Both the position numbers and the translations under genes were made by a program. A stretch of 64,000 nt of DNA, taken from contig CAVZAF010000010.1 in NCBI GenBank assembly GCA_963773315.1, positions 117,519 to 181,518 on the forward strand. The letters are read 5' to 3'. The stretch is from an uncultured Acidimicrobiales bacterium (GTDB taxonomy: Bacteria; Actinomycetota; Acidimicrobiia; Acidimicrobiales; DATKAS01). Below, in pieces: positions 1 through 10,226 of this stretch. Under the pieces are notes generated by a model. That model saw only the letters and a list, made by a program, of their open reading frames with translations, did not search any database and was not told the origin of the DNA. Every line of letters starts with the position of its first letter. Within the stretch, counting starts at the first letter, position 1.

Positions 1-119
1 CGGTGGTCGTGATCGAGTCCGATCGGGAGATCGACCCGGGAGACCCCTGGTTGATCACGAGATCGAAGCGCTACGGCGGTACCGTGGTGACGTTCGTGGC
101 GCGGGCGGCCCAGCGCTGA
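1..119 (+). CDS. rsmD: C-terminus of 16S rRNA m2G966 methyltransferase RsmD (partial)
   Basis: Frame reads VVVIESDRE...KRYGGTVVTF..stop; directly upstream of coaD as usual. Confidence 0.7.
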   Translation, partial: VVVIESDREIDPGDPWLITRSKRYGGTVVTFVARAAQR

Positions 120-165
120 ACCCCATTCCGCCCGCCCCCACGACAGCCGATTCAACGGAGCGACC

Positions 166-645
166 GTGAGCAAGGTGCTGTACCCGGGGTCGTTCGACCC
201 CCTCCACAACGGACACATCGAGATCATCGAGACCGCAGCGCGCCTCTTCGACGAGGTCGTCGTCGCGGCGATGCGGAACCCGCAGAAGGGCGAGCCGACG
301 TTCTCGTTCGAGGAGCGTGAGGCGATCCTGCGCGAGTCGCTCTCGCACATCCCTGGCGTGTCGGTGACGATGTTCTCTGGTCTCGTGGTCGACCTCGCCG
401 ATGAGCTCGATGTGGACTTCATCGTGAAGGGGTTGCGTGCGACCTCCGACTTCGAGAACGAGCTGCAGATGGCGCAGATGAACTACGCCGTCGCCGGAGT
501 GCACACGGTGTTCCTGCCTTCCGCCTCGTCGCACTCGTTCCTGGCGTCGAAGTTCCTTCGCGACATGGCGCGGTTCGGGCGAGACGTCAGCTCGATGGTT
601 CCACCGGCGGTCGCGAAGCGGCTCCAGGAGAAGTACGCGCGATGA
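166..645 (+). CDS. coaD: Pantetheine-phosphate adenylyltransferase
   Basis: YPGSFDPLHNGH, KGLR, SSMVP motifs. Confidence 0.97.
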   Translation: MSKVLYPGSFDPLHNGHIEIIETAARLFDEVVVAAMRNPQKGEPTFSFEEREAILRESLSHIPGVSVTMFSGLVVDLADELDVDFIVKGLRATSDFENELQMAQMNYAVAGVHTVFLPSASSHSFLASKFLRDMARFGRDVSSMVPPAVAKRLQEKYAR

Positions 646-1227
646 CCGACCAGCGCGAGCACCCCGGCGACGACGACACCGGCGAGCACCCGGTCCCACG
701 GCTGAGCGATTCCGAGGCGCTGCTGCGGCGGGTCGCCGACATCATCTCGTCGGCCAAGACCATGCCGCTGTCCTCGTCCGCGATGATCAACCGCGACGAG
801 ATCCTCGAGCTGCTCGAGGAAGCGAACAACCGGCTTCCTGAGGAGCTGCGCGCGGCGCGTTGGCTGCTCCGCGAGCGCGACGAGTTCCTCGCGAAGACTC
901 GACGCGGAAGGCGACGACATCCTCGACGCGGCACGCGCACAGGCAGAGCGCATGGTGCAACGCACCGAGGTGGTGCGGGCCGCCGAGCACCGCGCCCGCC
1001 AGCTGGTGACCTCGGCGGAGGACGAGTCACGCCGCTTGCGCCACGAGGTCGAGGACTACTGCGATCAGAAGCTCGCGCAGTTCGAGGTCGTGCTCGACAA
1101 GGTGCTGCGCACGGTGCAAGCCGGCCGCGAGCGCCTTGCGCCCACCGGGCTGCCCGAGCCCGAGGAGCACGAAGCGGAAGCCGCTGCGGCCCACGAGGCC
1201 GCCTTCTTCGATCAGGACCAGGAATGA
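642..1227 (+). CDS. Coiled-coil DivIVA/ATP synthase subunit B-like protein (one frameshift at about 906)
   Basis: AKTMPLSSSAMINRDEILELL..LPEELRAARWLLRER continues in another frame as EGDDILDAARAQAERMVQRTEVV; typical position between coaD and yceD. Confidence 0.8.
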
Positions 1228-1781
1228 CCACGCTGCAGGGACTCGTCACTCCGGTCGCGGACCTGCTGCGCAGCGCGGGCGCGCGCCGTCACCTCGCGAT
1301 CGAGGTGCGCGCCACCGAGATCGACGTCGGCGACGCAGCTGTGCCCGAAGGATCGATCGTCGAGATCGATGGCGACCTCGAAGCCGTGAGTGACAGCATC
1401 GTGTTCAGCGGGACCGTGCGCGCGCCGTGGCGCGCGGTGTGCCGGCGGTGCCTCGGGCCCGCGCACGGCGAGCTCGTCGTGACGATGCGCGAGGTGTTCG
1501 CGAAGCCCGGCCGTGACATCGCCGCAGATGACGAGGTCTTCCCGATCTCGGCCGACTCGATCGACCTCGGCCCGGCAGTGCACGACGCCCTGGCGCTCGA
1601 GCTGCCGCTCGCGCCGCTCTGTCGCGACGCGTGTGCCGGGCTCTGCCCGACGTGCGGCGTCGACCGCAATCACGCTCGCTGCAGGTGCCGAGTCGACCGG
1701 ACGGACCCCCGCTGGGCTGCGCTCGACGTGCTCAAGCTCCCCAACCAGGCGCGGTTCGACCCGGGCTCCGCTGCTCGCTAG
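1224..1781 (+). CDS. YceD/DUF177 family protein
   Basis: CRRCL and PLCRDACAGLCPTCG..DPRWAAL motifs; ATGA overlap; upstream of rpmF. Confidence 0.92.
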   Translation: MTTLQGLVTPVADLLRSAGARRHLAIEVRATEIDVGDAAVPEGSIVEIDGDLEAVSDSIVFSGTVRAPWRAVCRRCLGPAHGELVVTMREVFAKPGRDIAADDEVFPISADSIDLGPAVHDALALELPLAPLCRDACAGLCPTCGVDRNHARCRCRVDRTDPRWAALDVLKLPNQARFDPGSAAR

Positions 1782-1818
1782 CCTGCTGCGGCCCCATCGC
1801 TCGAAGGATCCCCCCCAA

Positions 1819-1998
1819 ATGGCAGTCCCCAAGAAGAAGACGTCCAAGGCGAAGAGCCGCAGTCGGCGGGCATCCGCCTGGACGCTCACCGCCCCGGCCC
1901 GCAGCACGTGCCCCCGGTGCGGCGCGGCGAAGCGGCCGCACACGGTGTGCGGCACTTGCGGCTGGTACAAGGGCCGCCAAGCCATCGACGTCGACTGA
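1819..1998 (+). CDS. rpmF: 50S ribosomal protein L32 (zinc-ribbon type)
   Basis: MAVPKKKTSKAKSRSRRA..CPRCG..HTVCGTCGWY. Confidence 0.97.
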   Translation: MAVPKKKTSKAKSRSRRASAWTLTAPARSTCPRCGAAKRPHTVCGTCGWYKGRQAIDVD

Positions 1999-2025
1999 CG
2001 CAGCTCGGCTGCGAGCGGATCCCAC

Positions 2026-3000
2026 GTGCTCCCGATCGCACTCGACGCGGTCGGTGGTGACCACGCCCCCCACGAGGTCCTCGCCGGTGCCCGCGTCGCC
2101 GTAGAAGAGCTCGGAATCCCCGTCGTCCTCGTCGGTCCGGAGGATGTCGTCGCCGAGAGCGGATTCCCGCACATCGTCGCCACCGAGATCATCGGGATGG
2201 GCGACGACGGAGCGCAGGGAGTGAGGCGCAAGAAGGACTCATCCCTGGTGCGCGCCGCCGAGGCGGTGCGCGACGGCAAGGCATCGGCGATGGTCAGCGC
2301 GGGAAACACCGGCGCGACGATGGCGAGCGCGCTGCTCCGGATGGGACGCATCCGCGGCGTGTCACGGCCCGCGATCGCCGCGCCGCTGCCGGTGCCCGGC
2401 GAGACCCCGACGGTCCTCCTCGACGCGGGAGCCAACGCGGAGTGCCAGCCCGAGTGGCTCGTGCAGTTCGCGCAGATGGGCACTGTCTTCTCGCGACAGC
2501 GGTTCGGCATCGCCAAGCCGCGCGTCGGTCTGCTGTCGATCGGCGAAGAGGCGTCGAAGGGCTCGAGCTTCGTGAAGGAGGTGCACCACCTCCTCGAAGG
2601 TGCGCCCGGCGTGCACTTCATCGGGAACATCGAAGGCCATTTGGTGGCGACTGACGCGGTCGATGTCGTCGTGACCGACGGCTTCAGCGGCAACGTGGTG
2701 CTGAAGACGCTCGAAGGCGGACTCGAGGTCATCCTCGGCGTGATCCGAGCCGGCCTCGCATCGACGGCCGAGACGCGCTCCGCGGGCGACGTGTTGGCGC
2801 CAGTGCTCGAGCCGCTCTTCGACTTCATGGGGCCAGAGACGACTGGGGGAGCGATCCTCCTCGGCGTTGATGGCGTCTGCATCATCAGCCACGGCCGCTC
2901 GTCGGCTCGCGCGGTCACCAACGCGATCGGGCTCGCGCGCGAGATGGTCGTGGGCGACATCGTGGGCGGGCTGCGGAGCGCGATCGCGACGCCGGGGTGA
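2026..3000 (+). CDS. plsX: Phosphate acyltransferase PlsX
   Basis: IALDAVGGDHAP, SAGNTGA, LDAGANAEC, VVTDGFSGN, ISHGRS. Confidence 0.96.
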   Translation: MLPIALDAVGGDHAPHEVLAGARVAVEELGIPVVLVGPEDVVAESGFPHIVATEIIGMGDDGAQGVRRKKDSSLVRAAEAVRDGKASAMVSAGNTGATMASALLRMGRIRGVSRPAIAAPLPVPGETPTVLLDAGANAECQPEWLVQFAQMGTVFSRQRFGIAKPRVGLLSIGEEASKGSSFVKEVHHLLEGAPGVHFIGNIEGHLVATDAVDVVVTDGFSGNVVLKTLEGGLEVILGVIRAGLASTAETRSAGDVLAPVLEPLFDFMGPETTGGAILLGVDGVCIISHGRSSARAVTNAIGLAREMVVGDIVGGLRSAIATPG

Positions 3001-3151
3001 CTCGTTTTGGCGTCCGTGTCAAGCACGAAACTCTCTGAAAGGCATTGGCGACACATAAGGCGACACGATCCATCCGTCGCGGAATTCCGAAATCCGGTAC
3101 AGTGAGGCGACGCGGCCATCCCCCGATGCCAGGACCGAGGACGGAGAGAGC

Positions 3152-3454
3152 GTGCCCGCCGAGACCCACGTAGAACGAGCCCCTCTCGATCGCCAGGCGG
3201 TCTTCGAGCTGATCCGTGATCGCCTCGCCGACATCCTCGAGATCGAACCCGGCACCATCACCGAGAGCGCATCGTTCGCCGACGATCTCGAAGCCGACTC
3301 GCTCGCGCTGATCGAGCTCGTCGAAGCCCTCGAGGAAGAGCTGAGCGAGCGTTCGGTGGGGTTCCGCATCGAAGACGAAGACCTCGAAGACCTGAAGACC
3401 GTGCGCGACGCGGTCGACTACGTCTACGGCCGGGTGGGCGAAGGTTCTGGTTGA
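3152..3454 (+). CDS. acpP: Acyl carrier protein
   Basis: DDLEADSLALIEL phosphopantetheine-Ser motif, acidic. Confidence 0.93.
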   Translation: MPAETHVERAPLDRQAVFELIRDRLADILEIEPGTITESASFADDLEADSLALIELVEALEEELSERSVGFRIEDEDLEDLKTVRDAVDYVYGRVGEGSG

Positions 3455-3470
3455 CCAGCCCGCGATCGAG

Positions 3471-4181
3471 GTGCTGAGGCACCGGATCGGGCATGAGTTC
3501 GCGGACCCTGCCCTGCTCGTGCAGGCACTCGCCCATCGTTCGTGGTGCGCCGAGCAGGCCACCGTGTCCGAGCCGCCGCCTCCCTCGAACGAACGGCTGG
3601 AGTATCTCGGTGATGCCGTGCTCGGTGCGATCGTCGCCGACCACGTCTACCAGCAGTATCCGCATCTGCTCGAAGGTCGGCTGACCGACGCGCGCAAGGC
3701 CGTTGTCAACGCGGTCGCGTTGGCCGGCGTCGCGTCGAGGCTCGGCATCGGGCCGGCGCTGCTGCTCGGCCGGGGCGAGACGTCGGCGGGAGGACAAGAG
3801 AAGACGTCGATCCTCGCCGACGCGCTCGAAGCGGTGATCGCTGCCGTGTACCTCGACGGTGGATGGGAGGCCGCGCGCGACTTCGTGCTGCGCGAGATCG
3901 GTGCCGACATCGCCGCGTCGGTCGCCGGCCTCGGCGCCCACGACTACAAGAGCTTGTTGCAGGAGCTCGCTGGGCGGCGCGGGCTCGGCTCACCGCGTTA
4001 CGAGATCAACGAGTCCGGTCCGGATCACGCCAAGGAGTTCACCGCTCGCGTCGCTGTCGGGATGATCGTCCTCGGCGAAGGCGTTGGCCGGTCGAAGAAG
4101 CAGGCAGAGCAGGCGGCAGCGCAGGTGGCCTACGAGGAGCTGCTCGAGCCCGCCGACAGACGGGTCGCGGACCATGCCTGA
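3471..4181 (+). CDS. rnc: Ribonuclease III
   Basis: NERLEYLGDAVL signature and C-terminal dsRBD (GRSKKQAEQAAA). Confidence 0.97.
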   Translation: MLRHRIGHEFADPALLVQALAHRSWCAEQATVSEPPPPSNERLEYLGDAVLGAIVADHVYQQYPHLLEGRLTDARKAVVNAVALAGVASRLGIGPALLLGRGETSAGGQEKTSILADALEAVIAAVYLDGGWEAARDFVLREIGADIAASVAGLGAHDYKSLLQELAGRRGLGSPRYEINESGPDHAKEFTARVAVGMIVLGEGVGRSKKQAEQAAAQVAYEELLEPADRRVADHA

Positions 4182-5007
4182 GCTTCCCGAGGTCGAGACC
4201 ATCAAGCGCGATCTCGAGCGAGAGGTCATCGGCAAGCGCATCAAGACCGTCGAGGTGTCGGGCACACGCTCGATCCGGCGCGGCACGAAGAAGCAGTTCA
4301 TCAGCCGCCTCGAAGGCGCCAAGGTCACCGGAGTCCAGCGCAAGGGCAAGTACCTGATCCTGAAGATGGACACCGGCGACCTGCTCGTCGTCCACCTCCG
4401 GATGAGCGGGCAGCTCCTCAAGGCGGTCGCCAAGGATCCGGTCGCGAAGCACACGCACGTGACGCTGACGTTCACGCCGGCGGGGCAGCTGCGCTTCCTC
4501 GACCCTCGCACGTTCGGCGAGATGTTCGTGAGCGATCCCGATCACCTGGCCGAGGACGCGCCCGAGCTCGCCGACCTCGGCTTCGATCCCCTCGATGAAC
4601 CGATCTCTTGGATCGACTTCGGTCGCATGCTCATCGCGAAGCCCGTGCAGCTGAAGGCGTTCCTGATGGATCAGCACCTCATCGCGGGGATCGGCAACAT
4701 CTACAGCGACGAGATCCTTTACGCGGCGGGCCTTCGGTACGACCGCATGACCGACACGCTGACCACGCAGGACATCCGCCGGCTGTATCGCGCCGTGGTG
4801 GAAGTCGTGCACGAGGCCGTGAAGCACCGGGGGTCGTCGCTCGCCGACGAGCAGTACCGAGATCTCTTCGGGCGCGTCGGGGGATACCAGAACGAGCACC
4901 AGGCGTACGGCCGAGAGGGGCTCGCGTGTCGGCGCTGCCGGTCGACGATCGAGCGGGCGAAGTACCAGGGTCGATCGACCTTCTACTGCCCCAGCTGTCA
5001 GGTGTAG
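4174..5007 (+). CDS. mutM: Formamidopyrimidine-DNA glycosylase
   Basis: MPELPEVET N-terminus, HLRMSG, GIGNIYSDE, C4 zinc finger. Confidence 0.96.
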   Translation: MPELPEVETIKRDLEREVIGKRIKTVEVSGTRSIRRGTKKQFISRLEGAKVTGVQRKGKYLILKMDTGDLLVVHLRMSGQLLKAVAKDPVAKHTHVTLTFTPAGQLRFLDPRTFGEMFVSDPDHLAEDAPELADLGFDPLDEPISWIDFGRMLIAKPVQLKAFLMDQHLIAGIGNIYSDEILYAAGLRYDRMTDTLTTQDIRRLYRAVVEVVHEAVKHRGSSLADEQYRDLFGRVGGYQNEHQAYGREGLACRRCRSTIERAKYQGRSTFYCPSCQV

Positions 5008-5166
5008 GTCGGTTCGTGAGGGCGGCGCAGTGCGCCGCCGGGTGCGCGCAGCACCGATTGTCGAGCGAAGCGAGCAGGAGCCGGCGGAAGCGAAGCGGAC
5101 GACGGCGACGAGGAGCATTCAGCATGCACCGAGCACTCTTCGCGCCCGGTTAGCGTCGACCCAGCC

Positions 5167-8100
5167 ATGTTCTTGCGATCGTTGACCCTCAAGGGGTTCA
5201 AGTCCTTCGCCGACACCACGTCGCTCGATCTCGAGCCGGGAGTGACCGTCGTCGTCGGGCCCAACGGAAGCGGCAAGTCCAACGTCGTCGATGCGATCGC
5301 GTGGGTGCTCGGCGCGCAGGCTCCGAGCGCGGTGCGCAGCCAGAAGATGGACGACGTGATCTTCGCCGGCACGGCGAAGCGAGCCGCGCTCGGACGCGCC
5401 GAGGTCACGCTCACGATCGACAACAGCGCGGGTCTGCTGCCGATCGCGTTCACCGAGGTGACGATCAGCCGCACGCTCTTCCGCAGCGGTGACAGCGAAT
5501 ACGCGATCAACGGCGTGCCGTGCCGACTGCTCGACGTACAAGAGCTGTTGTCCGACACCGGCGTCGGCCGGCAGCAGCACGTGATCGTCTCGCAGGGCCA
5601 GATCGACGCGGTGCTGAACGCGCGCCCCGAGGACCGCCGGGCGATCATCGAAGAGGCCGCCGGCGTGCTCAAGTACCGCCGTCGCAAGGAGAAGGCCGAG
5701 CGCCGGCTCGAGGCGACCGAGGCGAGCCTGCTCCGCCTGCAAGATCTGCTGCGGGAGGTCCGCCGCCAGCTGAAGCCCCTCGAACGCCAGGCCGACGCGG
5801 CGCGTCGCCACGGTGACCTCGTCGCCGAGCTCGGCGCGTTGCGGCTGCACCTCGCGGGTCGCGAGATCCTCAGCTTGCGCAACCGCCTCGAGAACACCGG
5901 TCGCGACCGCCACTCGCTCGATCAGCAAGCCGCCGCACTGAAGAGCGAGCTCGCTGCGCTCGACACTGAGGTGCTCGCCACCCAGGCGCGCCTCGCCGCG
6001 CTCGGTGGCTCCGACGTGGGCGACAGCCTCGTCCGCTACGAGTCGATGCGCGAGCGCGCTCGTGGCCTGATGGCGTTGCTGGCCGAGCGCCGGCGCGGCG
6101 TCGAGCGCGATCGGGGCGGGTTGCTCGACGCCGACCTCATCGCCTCCCTCGAAGCCGAGGCCGAGCGTGTCTCGAACGAGCTCACCGAGGTCGAGACGCA
6201 GGCGAGGGCGCTGGGGCCCGAAGCCGATCGTGTTGCGCAGGCCGAAGCGGCGCTCGCCGACGAGCGGGCCGCGCTCGCCGAAGGCGGCATTCCCGAGATG
6301 ACCGATCCCGGAGCGGTCCCGCTGCAAAGGGCGGGCGAGGTGCGCGGTGAGCTCTCGGCTCGCCGCGGGGCGATCGAGCGCACGGTCGGTGAGCTCGCCC
6401 GCGTCGAGGCTCGGCTCGCGGCGATCGAGGCCCGCGCGACGCAGCTCGCCGCCGACGCCGATCTGCACAGACGCGCGTGCGAGCAAGCCGAAGAGGCCGA
6501 GCGGCCGCTCGTCGCCCGCGTGCAGGCCGCCGAGGACCGGCAGGCATCGTGTGAGCACGAGCTCGCCAGCCGCGCAGGACGAGCACCGAGCCGCTGACGC
6601 GGACCGCCACGTTTGGTCGGCGCGCGAAGAGGCCCTTGCGCTCGCGCTGGACGACAACGGCAGCGAGGCCCGCTGGCGTGAGGTCGAGGGCGCGGTGGGC
6701 GCGCTCGCCGATCTCGTCGACGTCGATGACGGCTGGCAGGCGGCGTTCGAAGCCGCGGTGGGTGAGGCACTCAGCGCCGTCGTGGTCGATGGCACCGTCG
6801 CGGCTCGTCGCGCGTTGAGTGCATTTGCGGTCGGCGGCGACGCAGGTGCGGTGCTCGCGGTGACCACAGACCGCGACGCGGCGCGTCCCGAGTCGACGCT
6901 GCGATCTCACGTGCGGTCCAGCAACCCGGGTGTCGAGACCCTGCTCGACGCGCTGCTGGCGGGCACGGTGGTCGTCGAGGGAGGGTGGGAGCGAGCACTC
7001 GACCGTGCGCTCGCCCAGCCCGACGCGGTCATCGTGACGCGCGAAGGCGATCGGTTCTCGGCGACCAGCTGGCGAGTCGGAGCCACCCGGTCACACATCA
7101 CCGGGGCCGCGCTCGAGGAGGCGAAGAGCCGAGCGGCCGCGGCGGCCGCCCGTGCGACGGTCGCGGCGTCACGCGTTGCCGCGAGCACCCTCGCGGTCGA
7201 GTCCGCGGTGCACGACCGCGAGCAGATCGAGCGCGAGCTCGAGGAGAACGACGCCCGCCTGAACGCTGCCGCCGATGGGCTGGCGCGTGTGCAAGCCGCC
7301 CAGCGCGAGGTCGAGACCGAAGCGCACGCGCTCCACGCCCACCATCAGGCGCTCGCGGAGTCGGTTGCGGCCGAACACGCTCGCACGGGCGAGCTCGAGG
7401 CGGTCCTTCCGGCGCTCGAGGCCGACGAAGAGGCCGACGCCAGCCGAGCGCGCCTCGCCCACGCGGCGCGCACCCGCCTCGATGAACGGTCGCGGCGCAG
7501 TCGCGGCGCTGCGCACGCACCTCGAGGTCCAGGTCGCCGGTCTCGACGAGCGTCGCCAGATGCTGCGGCGCAGGCGCGACGAGGTCGAGTCCCGGCTCGA
7601 AGCAGACGCGGCGGAGCGCGAGCGTGCCGCGGTGCGGCGTGGCGCGCTCGAGCGCAAGCTCGGCGTGCTCGACCGGCTGGCCGCAGTCGTCGCGGCGTCG
7701 GCGGCCGCGGTCGACGGCGAGCTCGCAGGGCTCCATGAGGAGCGGCGTCGCCAATCAGAGGAGTCGCGCTCGATCGCAGCGGCGCTCGACGACCAGCGTC
7801 AGCGGCGCACCAACGCGGAGCGTCAGCTCGAGGAGGTGCGCGAGCGGTCACGCCGCGCCGAGCTCGACGAAGCCGAGATCACGTTGCGCCTGCAGTCGGC
7901 CGTCGAGGCCGTTCGCAATGACCTCGACCGCGAGCCCGACGCGGCGATCGCCGCCGAGTGCCCGCCGCTGCCCGACGGCATCACCGCGCACGCGCGGGTG
8001 CGCGAGCTCGAACGCGAGCTGCGGCTCATGGGACCGATCAACCCGCTTGCGCTCGAGGAGTTCGAGGCACTCGAAGAGCGCCATCACTTCCTCGAGTCGC

Positions 8101-8633
8101 AGCTCGAGGACGTGCGCTCGACGCGCCGCGATCTCTCGAGAGTGATCAAGGCGATCGACGGCGAGATCGTGACCGTGTTCGCGTCTGCGTTCGCCGATGT
8201 CGCGTCGAACTTCGAGTCGCTCTTCTCCACGCTCTTCCCCGGCGGGCAAGGTTCCTTGCGACTCACCGAGCCTGAGCACCTGCTCGACACCGGCATCGAG
8301 GTCGAGGCTCGTCCTTCGGGAAAGAACGTGCGCAAGCTCTCGCTGCTGTCGGGCGGTGAGCGCTCGCTGACCGCGCTCGCGTTCTTGTTCGCGGTCTTCC
8401 GCAGCCGTCCGTCGCCCTTCTACGTGATGGACGAGGTCGAGGCCGCGCTCGACGACGTGAACCTTCACCGCTTCCTCGACCTCGTGCACGAGTTCCGCGA
8501 GGAGGCACAGCTGCTCATCGTGAGCCACCAGAAGCGCACGATGGAGGCCGCCGACTGCCTCTTCGGCGTGACCATGCAACCGGGGGGCTCCTCCAAGGTC
8601 GTCAGCGAGAAAGCCGCCCTCCACACCCCCTGA
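5167..8633 (+). CDS. smc: Chromosome segregation protein SMC (two frameshifts at about 6570 and 7490)
   Basis: GPNGSGKSN Walker A, hinge region, LSGGE and DEVEAALD; pieces in three consecutive frames. Confidence 0.93.
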
Positions 8634-8667
8634 CCCCCGGTGGGGCGCCCGATAGGTTGGCCTTGTC

Positions 8668-9816
8668 ATGTTCTTCTTGATCCTCGCGATCGTCGTCGTG
8701 CTGTTCGGGCTCGGCGTCGTCGTCGTCAACCGGCGTCGTGAGCGGCGTCTCAGCCTCGAGCGCGCGCGGCCTCCGACCAAGCCGGTCGAGAAGCCGCCGC
8801 CGGAAGTGCTCGAGGCGGCGGCCCCGGGTCTCGTCGAGCCCCAAGTCGAAGAAGCCGAAGAGCCCGCAGAAGTCGGGGAGCTCGACGAAGTCACCGAGCT
8901 CGAGGAGCTCGCGCCACCGCGCTTCCGCGATCGTCTCGGCAAGGCCCGTGCGGCGCTGGCGGGCGCGTTCGCGTCGGTCCGCGCGCGTGACGGCATCACC
9001 GACGACACGTGGGACGACCTCGAGGAGGCGCTGCTTCGCGCCGACGTCGGCGTCTCATTGACGACCGAGCTGATCGACGAGCTGCGCGGACAGGTGAAGA
9101 CGAACGGGCTCACCACGCCGGACGAGGTGCTCGACGCGCTGAAGGCCGATCTCGTCGAGCACTTGGAAGGCGTCGACCGCAGCCTCACGCTCGACGGGAA
9201 GCCGGGCGAGCCGTGCGTGTGGCTCTTCGTCGGTGTCAACGGCGTCGGCAAGACCACGACGATCGGGAAGGTCGGCGCGCGTCAGGTCGCCGAGGGCCAC
9301 TCGGTCGTCATGGCCGCGGGTGACACCTTCCGAGCCGCAGCTGCAGAGCAGCTCGAGCTGTGGGCGAACCGGGTCGGAGCCGACCTCGTCCGTGGGGCCG
9401 AGGGTGGCGACCCGAGCTCCGTGATCTTCGACGGGGTGCAACGGGCAGCGGCGCGCGGGGCAGACCTCGTGCTGGCCGACACCGCCGGTCGCCTCCACAC
9501 CAAGGTCAACCTGATGGAGGAGCTCCGCAAGGTGCGGCGTGTGGCCGACCGGCCGCCCGGGCATGTGAGCGAGGTGCTCCTCGTCATCGACGCCACCACC
9601 GGGCAGAACGGGCTGACCCAAGCGCGTCAGTTCACCGAGGCGGTCGAAGTCACGGGAGTGGTCCTCACAAAGCTCGACGGCTCGGCGAAGGGCGGCATCG
9701 TGCTCGCGATCCAGAAGGACCTGGGGCTCCCGGTGAAGCTCGTCGGTCTGGGGGAGACCTCCGCCGACCTCGTCGACTTCGATCCGCGCGAGTTCATCGA
9801 CGCGCTCTTCGAATGA
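8668..9816 (+). CDS. ftsY: SRP receptor FtsY with N-terminal membrane anchor
   Basis: GVNGVGKTTT, DTFRAAA, DTAGR, TKLDGSAKGG. Confidence 0.97.
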   Translation: MFFLILAIVVVLFGLGVVVVNRRRERRLSLERARPPTKPVEKPPPEVLEAAAPGLVEPQVEEAEEPAEVGELDEVTELEELAPPRFRDRLGKARAALAGAFASVRARDGITDDTWDDLEEALLRADVGVSLTTELIDELRGQVKTNGLTTPDEVLDALKADLVEHLEGVDRSLTLDGKPGEPCVWLFVGVNGVGKTTTIGKVGARQVAEGHSVVMAAGDTFRAAAAEQLELWANRVGADLVRGAEGGDPSSVIFDGVQRAAARGADLVLADTAGRLHTKVNLMEELRKVRRVADRPPGHVSEVLLVIDATTGQNGLTQARQFTEAVEVTGVVLTKLDGSAKGGIVLAIQKDLGLPVKLVGLGETSADLVDFDPREFIDALFE

Positions 9817-10190
9817 AGGTCGTCTTCTTCCCCATCAAGGTGACGACGCGCAGCCTTCGCTGGGTCGGGTTGCGGCGCCTGGTGCTGATCGGACTCGGCG
9901 CCACGCTGGCGTTGATGGTGACGCCGGTGACCGGATCCGAGCTGCGACGGCGCCTGTCACGGCTCGTGGCTCGGCGGGTGCCCGATGCCGACCTCGCCGC
10001 CCGTGTGCGCCACGAGCTCTCGCACTCGCCGCGCACCTGGCACCTCCCCCAGCCCTCGATATCGGTTCTGCAGGGCAGGGTCGTCCTGGCCGGTCAGGCC
10101 CCGCACGCCACGGGCCGCGCCGACCTCGAACGCGTCGTCGCCGCAGTGCCGGGCGTCGTGTCTGTGGACAACGAGATCATCGTCGCCTAG
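9813..10190 (+). CDS. BON-domain membrane protein
   Basis: Hydrophobic segment then DADLAARVR..GRVVLAG..VPGVVSVDNEI; ATGA overlap with ftsY. Confidence 0.75.
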   Translation: MKVVFFPIKVTTRSLRWVGLRRLVLIGLGATLALMVTPVTGSELRRRLSRLVARRVPDADLAARVRHELSHSPRTWHLPQPSISVLQGRVVLAGQAPHATGRADLERVVAAVPGVVSVDNEIIVA

Positions 10191-10226
10191 GGGCTGCTCA
10201 ACGGCTCCGGTAGCCTGGGAAACCGC

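Noticed and set aside
642..1781. 379-aa ORF fusing the coiled-coil protein with DUF177
   Set aside because: Single-base insertion near 906. The middle segment is out-of-frame junk and the true genes overlap by ATGA at 1224-1227.
1212..3119. Long antisense ORFs (this one and many others in the track)
   Set aside because: Shadow ORFs expected at high GC, lying opposite well-supported genes.
5167..8633. Split smc as pseudogene or programmed frameshift
   Set aside because: No slippery sequence, all motifs intact, and similar indels are scattered through the window. Sequencing error is more likely.
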